Shown: piece by piece, positions 53,427 through 64,000 of the stretch
Position numbering within the stretch: position 1 is the stretch's first letter
How the letters are laid out: every line of letters starts with the position of its first letter
Source: Lama glama
Lineage: Eukaryota
Direction of reading: 5' to 3'
NCBI GenBank assembly: GCA_028534125.1
Contig: CM052816.1
Coordinates: 42,844,001-42,908,000 of the forward strand
DNA: 64,000 nucleotides
Translations under genes and position numbers: made by a program
The notes under the pieces: generated by a model
Databases searched by the model: none
The model's input: only the letters and a program-made list of their open reading frames with translations
Told to the model about the DNA's origin: nothing

Positions 53427-53667
53427 CAAATGTCAAAGAGTACATCAGTGCTGCAATTACAATTTACTTAGGAAAAGATAATGAGAATATCACATATCAA
53501 AAGGACATAGCCACATCTATAATCAGAGGTAAATTTGTGGCATTAAATTTTTCCATCATTATACAAGACAGAATGAAGTTAGGTATAAACTTGCCATTCA
53601 TGTCACAAAGTTAAAAAGAGAAAGACAAACCTAACCAAAGGAAAGCAGGATGAAGAAAGTGACAAAT

Positions 53668-54308
53668 TGTGGTAGGCAGGATGGCTCCACTGAGGTGTCC
53701 ATGTCCTCATCCCTGGAACCTGTGAATGTGTTATACTGGAGGAACAAAGGAATTTGCATCTGTAATTAAGGTTTACAGACCTTGAAATAAGCTGTAATTC
53801 AAGCTTTACAAACCTTGAAATAGGAAGATTATCCTGTCTTGTCCAAGGGGGCCAAATCTAATATGAGCCCCTAAAAGCAGAGAACTTTCTCCAGCTGGAG
53901 TCAAAGAGAGGCAACAGCAGAAGTAGTCAAAAGATTTGAAGCATGAGATGAACTTGACCTGCTCTTGCTGGAGAGAAGCTCCATGGAAACAACGAGACAG
54001 ACAGCAGGCAGCTGGGGGAAGTCTGGTTCCCAACTGAAAGCCAGCAAGGACCTCAGTCCTGAAACTGCAAGAAACTGAATTGAGCCAAGACTTTGAATGA
54101 GCCAGAAGGAGTATTCATCCCCTGAGCCTCCCCAAAGGAACACAGCCATGCTGATACCTTGATTTCTGCCTTGGGATACCCTAAGCAGAGGATCCAGTCT
54201 AGCCTACCCAGACTTTTACCTACAGAAACTGTAAGGTAATACATTTGTGTTGTTATAAACCACTCAGTGTGTGGTAACTTGTTATGGCAGCAACAGAAAA
54301 CTGATACA
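53668..54308 (+). mobile_element. MaLR LTR, MLT1 family (MLT1E-like)
   Basis: TGTGGTAGGCAGGA start, ...gcagcaacagaaaactgataCA end; 5-bp TSD caaat/caaac. Confidence 0.85.
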
Positions 54309-55869
54309 CAAACATTTAAAAAAATGTTTAAGAAACAAAAAATTATGAGATTGATACTTAAGTCCAAGGGCTGTTTTTTTTTTTTTGAAAAGGTAGTTTG
54401 TCTTACTCTAAATATGAAGAAAAGAGAGGACACATAAATATTAAAATTAGGAGTAGGAAAATAAAGAATAGTTATAAATACCTATGATCCAAATAACATA
54501 GCAAGAACATTCACAAAGCTGAAATTATAGATATAATGGAAGCCCAATAATTATGAGACTTTTATTCACTTTTCTCAATCCAAAGTAGGAGACCAGAAAT
54601 AAGGATTCAGAAGACCTAGCCAGTATGCTGTTTTTTTGTGGATATTGACTGACCTTTGTCCCTAAAAATATGAAATATATATTCTTTTGAACACACACAA
54701 AATTTTAGTATCCAACCACCAAGTGAACCCCTCAAAATATTTTAGAAACTAAAACTGGTATATAGAACAGATTTTAATTACAGTATGAGAAAACTAAAAA
54801 TGAATACCAAAATAACAAAACAAAAAATCTTTAACTCAGGAAAAAAAATCAAAAAACAAAAGAACCCTAACAACTAACTCTTAACTATTCAATCAAAAGA
54901 AAAATAGGCAATTGCAGAATTTCTGGGAAATGTCCAACCGTAGGGGGTGTAGAATTAAAGAAATAAATGAATACTTGGGGAATGTTCATAGTCATAAGTG
55001 CTTATATCAGTATAAAAGGAAGATACAAATATTTATGGTTCAAAAAGTTAGAAAATAGAAAACTGCAGGGGAGGAAAAAATAATAAAAATAAAAGCTTAA
55101 ACTGATGAATTGGAAAACAAAATGGAAGTAGAATTAAAAACATAAAAAGTCTGGTTCATTGGAGAATAATCAATGTAATTACTAACGCAAAATGAAAAAA
55201 AGAAAAGCACAAATAAACAAAATGATAAATGGCCAGGGGAGAAATACAAGTAGAAGGAATTAAAACAATCCTAAAAGCATTTTGCAAAACTTTATGCAAA
55301 TAAATTTTAAAATCTGGATGAAATAGATTTTTTTTCCAAGGAAAAGTAATTTACTAATGCTCAGCCATGAAGAGAGAACGTTTAAACAGACCAATTCCCA
55401 CAGGAAAAAAACCAAGCAAATGTACCAAAGGATTCCTTTCTCCACAAAATCATTAGGCCCAGACACTTTCAGAAGCTAACAAATCCTTAATGAATAGATA
55501 ACTATAATGTTCTTCAAACTATTTCAGACCATAGAAAAAGAAGAGAAATTTTCAAATTATTTTTATAAAGTCAGTGCAACATTAATTCCAAAATCTGAAA
55601 AAGATTGTACAAAAATGCTCTTGGAGACTCATTTATAGACTTGCTGTTAAATTCTTAAGTAAAATATCAGTAAATAGTATCCAGCAGCACAGTTGAAAAA
55701 AGCATCATAATCAAGTACAGCTGATTTTTTAAAGAAGTAAGGATTGTTTAATAATAGGAAATGTATTAACACAAATAGTTATGCTAGTGTAGTTTAGAAG
55801 AAAACTGACTTTATCTGCACAAATGCCAAAAAGGAATTTAACATAATTCCTAATTATTCTTTCTAAAAA

Positions 55870-56120
55870 ATTAAGATATAATTGACACCTAAAATCGTAT
55901 TAGCTTTAGTTGTACAACATAATGAGTTGATACATGTATATACTGTAAAATGATTACGCAGTCACTTAACATTCACTGCCTCACATAGTGACAATTTTTT
56001 TTTCTTGGAATGAGAACTTTGAATATCTACTCTTTTAACAACTTTTAAATGCACAATACAGTATTGTTAATTGTAGTCACTATGGTGTAATTATATCCAC
56101 AAGACTTACTTATCTTTATA
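55870..56120 (-). mobile_element. L1MA-type 3' end inserted in opposite orientation within the L1 cluster
   Basis: gatataattgaca...gtacaacataatga...acaatacagtattgttaa; homologous to the reverse complement of the 63240-63450 3' end. Confidence 0.7.
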
Positions 56121-59100
56121 ATCATACTTGATTTTAAAAACATCCATAAAATAGGAATAATATCAAACAGATTAGAAATACTGGGGACATTTCTATTAAA
56201 GTCAAGAACAAGACTATTCCGGCATTACTGTTTGTTATTGTACTGGAGTTGTTATTCAAAAAGGAGAATTTCTGTGTATGAAATTCCATATATGAAAATG
56301 GAAAAAGATGAGCTAAAATTATTATTATTTAAAAGTCATATGATTGTGTGCCTGGAAAAACCAACTGAAAAATTACTATCGTCAAGAAGAGAACTCACTG
56401 TTAGTGGAGTGTAAAGGTAATAACAGCTTTTACAATATACACATAACAACTACTTAGAAGAGATAATGAAATCCCCATTACAATAAACTAAAAGAAGATG
56501 GAGAAATTTCAAAATACATTTAAGATGATGCCAAACCTAAGTGAGGTACATTTGAAACCATTCCTGAAGGATATAGAAGCAAAACGCTTGTATAAAACAC
56601 TCAGCATTATGAATATGTCAGTTCTAAAGTTAATTTATAAATTTGACATGATGTCAATAAACATTAAAGGAGAAAGACTTGTCTGTTTATTTGTTGGAAC
56701 TATAAGGCTGATTTTAAAATCATATGCAAAAACACATTACCTCCCCCTGCAAAAAAAAAATGGGGATAAAATCATATGCAAAAACAAACAAACAGTTACC
56801 ACCAGGAAAAGGGAAAAAAAAAGCAGTGGAAGGGATTAGCCCTACCAAATATTAAAAATACTACAAGTCCTCAATAAGTAAAATAATGAGTAAGAAACAT
56901 TCTTTTCTAAGAAAAACTCCAAATGGATCAAGAATTTAAATACAAACAATAAAGCCATGAAAGTGCTAGAAGAATATGTGGGCAATTCTTTCAAGCCTTT
57001 GTGTGGGGAAGCTCTATCTGTCACTTAAAATTCCAGAAGCCACAAAAGACTGATAAATTCAGCTACAAATAGAGACCATATGCACATCAAAAGTCAAAAG
57101 GCAAATGACAAACCGGGAAAACATGTCTGCAGCTCATATCACAGAGAAAGGGCTCATCTCCCTAACAGAGAAGGAGCTCCTAGAAATTGAAAAGAAAGAA
57201 AAATAACCCAGTAGAGCAATGGAAAAAAGACATGAACCGACAGCTCACTAAAAAGGAAATAAAAATAGCTCTAAAGTATATGAAAAGATGTTTAACCTCA
57301 TAACAAAAAAGGCTTATTGAAACACAGAGATGCTATCTTTTTTTTTAAGGCAAAATTTAAAGGTCAAACAACGCTCACTGGTGAGTCAGTGGGGATATAG
57401 GACAGTTTACATATTGCTGGTGGGTGTGCAATTTGGTAAAAGCCCTATAGAGAGCAAGATCTTTCCAAGTAACAAACACGGGAGCCTTCAACCCAGCAAT
57501 CCCACTTCTGGGTATCCTACAGACATACCTACAGACACACAAAATGAGACAAGTACAAAGTTATACATTGCAATATTGTTCAAAAGAGCAAAATGTTGAA
57601 AAGAACCCAAACGTCCATCTATGAGAGATTGGTTAAATGAGCTTTTATACACAGAGGAAGAGTATACAGTTGTGAAAAAGAATGAGGGAGCTCTCCAGGT
57701 ACTGATATAATGAATCTCTTGAATATATTTATTTTGTTAAAAAAAAAAAACCAAAAACAGATGCCTAGTAATATACATATAGTATGTTATCTTTTGTGCA
57801 AAAAAGGAGGAAATGAGACCATGTGTTTGTATTTGCTTGTGTCTTTGTAAAGGCATACTGAAAGGAGTCACAACAAACTAATAAAAATGGTTACTTGTAA
57901 TGAAAAGATGTGATAATTGATGACAGAAGTGGGAGTGAAAATTCCCAGGGTATATTTTCTTGTAGAGTTTTGATTTTGAACCATATGTATGAATCACCTT
58001 AAAAAAAACTTAAGAAGAGAGAAACTATAGTCTAATATCACCTTTGAACTTAGATGCAAAATAAAATGCTGAAGTATTACACAAAGACTGTAGTGCTTTC
58101 GTTAAGAAATACCAGAATGTGTCAGTATTGGGAAATGCACTGATACAGTACATTAGAAGGCCAAAGAATTAAACAAGCTAACAAACAAAAAACCAAACCA
58201 AAAAGCAACTAATATGGTGACATTTGTTAATATCTAAAAGGCATTTTATAAAATTATATGTTCAGTTCTAATAAAAACTAAGTAAAGTAGGAATTGATGG
58301 ATACTTCCTCAATATAATTAAAAATACATCAACTAATGGCCAACAGCAAAAAACAAAGTCATTTCTAGTGTAATCAGAAATTGGAAAAGCTGCCTTCTAT
58401 GAATACTTTTATGTAACAGTATTCTGGAATTTCCGGTCAAGGCTTTTAAGAAAAAATTATGAAATTTTACATTAGAAAACCAGAGCTATAGTTGTTACAA
58501 TTTATTGTTGATATGTTTTGAGTACCTTGAAAAACTGAGAGAATCAAGCGAAAAACTATTAGGACTAATTAGATGGGTTTGTAGGGGGGCAACTAGGGGA
58601 GCCTGATGGGACTGCAGTGACCTGTGTGCCCTTCTGAGCCTTCTCCTCTTGATAAGCTGTCTCCCAGGAACAAAGAGTCAAACACCAAGTATTCATCTCC
58701 CCCGATTCCGGAAGGATTTCCCCTTTGTTTTGCCCAAATGACTTCAGAGGAGATGTGCTTGTCTCACATAAGGTACATGACAAAGGGGGCACAGAAGAGG
58801 TTTGCATTGGCTCCTTTAGTTAAACCATTAACTGGGGAGATGAAAAGGGGGAGGCACATTTCAGGCAGAAAAGAGCACAAACCACATGGAGGCCGTGCAG
58901 TATTTTAGAGTGAGAGGACCTACCTGCAGGTAGTTCAGTGTCACTGGTTATAAAAGGTGAGCCAGGAAGCACAGGGTGAGCTGCAGAGATAAGCAGGGGC
59001 CAGTGTGGAGATGGCCTTTAAAACCCAGGACCATGGACTTGTCTATTATTTTGTAAGAGATGTAACCCATTGCAGGGATGTAACATGAGCAACTCACATT

Positions 59101-59445
59101 TATGCTGAAACTTCAGTAATAGCTTCCACGGGGCATTCCTTGGTTTATAATCTCTAGTTATACACCCTTTGAGGAGAACCCAGAGAGTAAGGGAATAATG
59201 GCACTAGGAGAACTGAGCAGCATATGCTTGTTCTGGGTGGCTGGGCTGGAACATAGAAGGCGCTATTAAATATTTGTTGATTGACCTGGCAGTACTCATA
59301 GTGTATATGTGTGAGCTGTATTTAAATCGTTTGGAAGAACAGAGTTCTTCTGAACAATTACCACTTGACTAGGTGTTTTGGCAAGTTATAGTGATCTTAC
59401 TTGGCAGTAATGCATAATGTAAGCGTTCCAAATATTTTCAGTTAC

Positions 59446-59575
59446 CTTCATATCCAAGTTCTTAGAAACAGTTTCTAGGGCAGACATGAGCTCTTGAATT
59501 CTTTTTTCGAGTTGCCGATGCTCATGCCTGATGAAGTGAATGTCTCCAGAAAGCTTTATGATGCTGGAATCACAT
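59446..59575 (-). CDS. FAM81B: FAM81B exon (CDSSIIKLSGDIHFIRHEHRQLEKRIQELMSALETVSKNLDMK)
   Basis: ccactag acceptor, gtaact donor; 130 nt, phase 2/0; I found no earlier FAM81B exon up to the window end. Confidence 0.92.
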
Positions 59576-62491
59576 CTAGTGGCAAGATGAGAATTGGCTG
59601 TCAGACTGATAGGCTTATAACATTTTTGCTACTACAGTAGAATCAGTGTATTCATTTGATGGCAAAGCCCTAAAGTTCTTCAAAAAATGAGTTGGTAGAG
59701 GAAGGAGCATATACAAGAGTTGCCTTCATTTTCCTCTTTTTTTCCTGGTGGGAGAGAAACCAGGTTGGAAAATGATGCACTGGCCCAAATTAAAGCACTG
59801 GGTTGAAGCAGATGAAGACATTGGAGGAAACTGGTTAAGATTTTAGATTTTCAGCCTGATAGATTAACTCTGTCATAGGAGTTCCAGCAGATTTTGATAT
59901 TTTGAGAGTACTCCTTCCCACCTAAAAACTGAAACTTTTTCCAATTCTGTATTGTGTTCTGAATCCACTTAACTCCCTTTAGCCTCTTTCCTTGCCTCCC
60001 AGACTGTCAGTTCTCCTCTGGCTAGAAAAAGTATCCCAGCCCAACAGAGTCTTCCCACCCATCTGAAAAGACAATGCCCTTTCTCTTAACTCCAATCAAA
60101 ACTTGCTCTTAGAGTGGTCTCAGTTGAGTGTTCTTAGGATGGAAACAATCCACAGTAACATGTATGAAGTTTCGCCCATGAGGTTGCATTTGGTATTTTA
60201 GGGGGAAGGAACTCCAGTGAAATGGGGTTGGAGTTAAGATTTACCACTTTTCCAGCATGTCAGGGAAACCCACTAACTACCGCCACTCAGGAACTCCTTT
60301 GGGAGAGAGCACGTTGCATAGTGTGTTATCAGTTTCAATACACTCATGTATGCTTGAAAGATAGGACGGAGAGCACTGTAATGTTGTGTCTTTTGTATAT
60401 GATTGATCAGAGGTCACTTTGAAGTTAATTATTTTATAAAATAATTGTTTTGACTGTCATCAAATACTGTGTGTTAGGAACTACATTTTCATGTTGTCAT
60501 GATAAGTGCTGTAAGTTGTTTTATGACTGTCAACATTTTTTAGGATCCAGAAATGAATTTCTTTTTCTTAAGATTTTTGATGCCAAAATTGAGCCGAAGG
60601 TGAGTTGAGGATGGTAATTTTGCCTGAGAAATCTTCTGAAGGGATAGCAGGTGAACTGGTTATGGGGAGACTGCTGGGAGAAAAAAGAGAGAATTAATCT
60701 GACAAAAAATAGGAGCACCAAAGTCATGGGCAAAACAATTTGTATGTATAAACTGTTATTGTCAGGAGAATATTGTTGGTTAGAGTGTTCTTATGTTCTC
60801 ATAAGTCCACATTAAGACACCCAAAAACTACCCGAGAGTAATTGCTGCTACCCCCACCCCCTGCCCTCTCTCACTGAGCCCCACCTGTTCCCCTTCTCAG
60901 GGACAGGTGACGGCTGGTGTATGCATTGTAGATTAGTGGTTGAGATTTGGTCTCTGGTGTCAGATAGACTAGGCTTTCAATCCGGCTTCTATTGCTTCCT
61001 AGGTTTGTGATCTGGGACAATTTTCTTATCATCTGTAAGTTTCAGTTTTCCTTATCTGAGAAAAGGGGGTAATGATGCTGAGATCACTACATATAGCTGC
61101 ACAATTTGTCCCCCACACAACCTAGGGGCCGGCAGACACACGGGGGACAATGTGAACAGTGTCTCCTGGAGTGCCGTGTGCTTGAGTGAAGAGTGGTCCT
61201 GCCCAGGTTTATTTAAGGATAAAAGGCGGTGAATGCTCAGCGTTCAGCCAGTACCTGGCACAGAGGAAGCACCCACCCAGGATCAGCAGCTAGTATTTAC
61301 TTCCTCACCTTGAGTCACCATCCATTCATTTCCAAGCCTCCCACCTCCCACCCCCTGCACCCAACCAGCCTAACCCCACACGCTGACGTCAAGAATTAGT
61401 GGTTTTTCAAAGCTGCACTCTGTATTTCAAAAGGAAGTTTCTCTTTGTCTCCTTTGAAGTGATTTTATTGTTTCTGTTTTTTTCATATGCAGATATGCCT
61501 TGGGGGCCCAAATAGCCAAACGTGGGTAGGGGGTTGGCCTCTGCTGGCTGTTGCTACAGACTGTAAGTTGTAGACATCTGTGTGGCTGCTCTTGACGTAA
61601 TTGCCTTTTTCTTTTTTGCACATGAGACTAATCTATTGAATAGAGACAATGTCAAATGCAGGCCAGACAACTCAGAAACTCATCTCTTTGGAAGTACTTG
61701 CTTCTGAACTGCCATTATACTGGGGTGGGAATTAAGGTGTAAAATTCAAAGCCCATTGTTATCAAATATTGAGTTTGATTCATGAAGCAGTAAAAGGTTT
61801 GCCAGAATTTCGTTAAAATAATCAACTTAGTTTCACTTATGCCAAAATATTAATTGGAATTAAGGTCAACATATGTGGGAAGGCAGTATTTAATCTGCCT
61901 CAGCTAGTCCATTGGTCACTTGCCTGCAAAAATACAGAAAACAGAAAGGGGAAAAGGGTGACTGTAAGTCTCATGACTTGTAGCCAAATTGTCTCACCAC
62001 ATGGATTAAAGACATTTTCATAAAAGGGACATTTCAGGGAAAAATAAGGCCTTGTCCTAAAGTCACTGCTTCATACTAAAGGGGAAGTAAGTACGTGATC
62101 AGAAAGCAAGGTGAGGGGATGGGGGCTTTTGATATTCCCTCCTCCCTCAGACATCAAACAAACAGCAAAGTGTGGATCAAGTTCCTCTGGGAAAAATCCA
62201 GAAACTAGTTTAGACACTCCTACACATTGGGCAACAAAGAAAACACTCACATCAAAATGGGTAGAAAAATCTGAGAAGCACACATGCCGTAAACCCCATT
62301 CCTGGTACCTCACCTTATGATTGGGAGGGAACCCCCAAATCCCAGATTCTCCCTAAGGAGCAAAGGGTGTGGACCACACATCTAGCTGCCCTTTGAGAGA
62401 CTGTCTCCCAAATCATCTAGCTCTGAGAGCTGACGGGTCATGTGTGAGTCACTCACCACAGAAAACAAAGAGGGGGTTTTGAATGGTCACG

Positions 62492-63460
62492 TGATTAACA
62501 AATGGGCAAAAAACCTAAATAAACATTTGTCCAAAGATGACATATAAACAGCCAACAGGTACATGAAAATGTGCTCTAAGTTACTAACCATCAGGGAAAT
62601 GGAAATCAAAACCATGAGATATCACCTCATACCTGTTAAGATGAGTATTATCAACAACAACAAAAAAGATAAGTATTGGTGAGGATGTGGAGAAAAGGGA
62701 ACCCTTCTACATTGTTAACAGGAATGTAAATTGGTACAGCCATTATAGAAAATAGTATGAAGCTTCTTTAAAAAATTAAAAATAGAACTGTCATATCATC
62801 CAGAAATCTCTTTTCTGGATATGTATCTGAAGGAAATGAAATGAATACTTGGAAGAAATATGTACTCCCATGTTCATTGCAGCAATATTCACAATAACCA
62901 AGATATGGAAATAATCTAAGTGTCTTTGATGGATGAAAGGGTAAAGAAATTGTGATACACACACATGCACACACACACTCTGTCTCTTGGAAATGTTCAG
63001 CCTCAAAAAGGAGACGTTGCCATTTATGACAACATGTATAAACCTGGAGGACATTATGGTAAGTGAAATAAGCTAGACACAGGAAAAAAAAACCACATGA
63101 GCCCATTTATATGTGGAATCTAAAAGAGTTGAATACATAAAAGGAGAGAGTAGAACAATGGTTATCAAGAGTGAGAAGGTGGGGGAGATGGAGAGATACT
63201 GGTCAAAGTGTACAGAGTGTCAGTTATGTGGGCTATGTAAGTCTAGAGACCTGATGCACGGTGTGATGACTGCAGTGAGTGATGCTGCGCTGAAAAATGA
63301 AAATATGCTAAGAGAGCAGATTTCACGTGCTCTCATCACACACAAAAAGGTAACTATGTGAGGAGATGTGTTAATTAGCTTGACTATAGTAAGCATTTTA
63401 GTATGTATATGTATATCAAATCATCAGATTGCATACCTTAAATATATTCAAAAATTTTAA
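62492..63460 (+). mobile_element. L1MA-type 3' end (end of ORF2 plus 3'UTR)
   Basis: aaatgggcaaa...ccaacaggtacatgaaa...ggtgaggatgtggagaaaagggaaccc...catgttcattgcagca...aaggtaactatgtgaggaga. Confidence 0.88.
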
Positions 63461-64000
63461 AAAGGAGACAAAAAAAGAGTAGAAACAGACAGAAGCAGGG
63501 AAGAAAGAGTTGTACATCTTTTCCTAGATATGATTCCATTCATCTCTTGGCTTCATTTAAATCTGTTTGTGATTTTGTCTCCTTTGGAAGACAGAATTTA
63601 CAAGCATAAAATAATAGATTCATAAGTGGTTTGCAGAAAAGTAAATGGTTGAAGTGTCATAAGCACGCTACCAAATTAAACCAAATTCCAAGTTTCATTC
63701 AAAAGAGATTTTTGGTGTCTGTCTTTCTAAAATCATGGCACAGCTGAGTAGGGTGGTGGGTTTGCTGGTGTTTTATTATCTTGCTTCATAACATAACCAA
63801 ATATTGTAAAAATTCTTTTCTAGATATCAAATCTTATATAATGTATATAATTTTATGTACTTTAGAAGTATAAAATATGTTTATACTTAATATAAATAAT
63901 TATACATATGAGCATGTATGTGTGTGTGTATATATATCTGTGTGCACACACACAGATACTAATCCTGTAGATTCTGTTTTCCTAATGTCTCTTACGTGCT

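Larger units (their letters stand above)
52650..58565 (+). mobile_element. Cluster of nested, degenerate L1 fragments (ORF2 and 3' ends), antisense to FAM81B
   Basis: A-rich + strand; degenerate ORF2 motifs (IIRGKFVALN in ORF 53399; KLLLFKSHMIVCLEKP in ORF 56232; gaaaagatgtttaacctca; acccaaacgtccatc). Confidence 0.8.

Noticed and set aside
54053..56839. 126-aa and 113-aa ORFs and any intact L1 ORF2
   Set aside because: Derived from MLT1 and decayed L1 with many stops and frameshifts; no autonomous element
62768..63361. ORFs of 82-112 aa
   Set aside because: Chance frames within the L1MA-type 3' end

Overview
Mammalian genomic DNA, most likely a camelid: it carries two tRNA-Ala-derived Vic-1-type SINEs and I recognised no Alu, Bov-A/tA, PRE-1 or Can-SINE. 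The + strand holds the 3' part of SKIC3 (TTC37, TPR scaffold of the SKI complex) as 14 visible coding exons from 928 to the stop at 29344. All are GT-AG and phase-consistent, but further exons appear hidden in a 500-N assembly gap (15156-15655). The - strand holds the last five coding exons of FAM81B (59575 down to the stop at 40027), tail-to-tail with SKIC3. The rest is intronic or intergenic and rich in old repeats (L1, L2, MIR, MLT1, LTR16/LTR40-like, hAT and Tigger MITEs). The ORF track is mostly spurious apart from overlaps with these exons. I found no new multi-gene system. The most notable items are a young, CpG-rich 400-bp solo LTR with a perfect 4-bp TSD and a tandem NRF1-like/YY1 promoter module (38296-38695), a tailless 5'-half tRNA-Gly(TCC) retrocopy with TSD (52606-52642), and the gap that could silently delete about 140 aa from SKIC3 gene models. 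Gene and repeat names come from recalled sequence, not a database search; repeat boundaries without a stated TSD/TIR are approximate.
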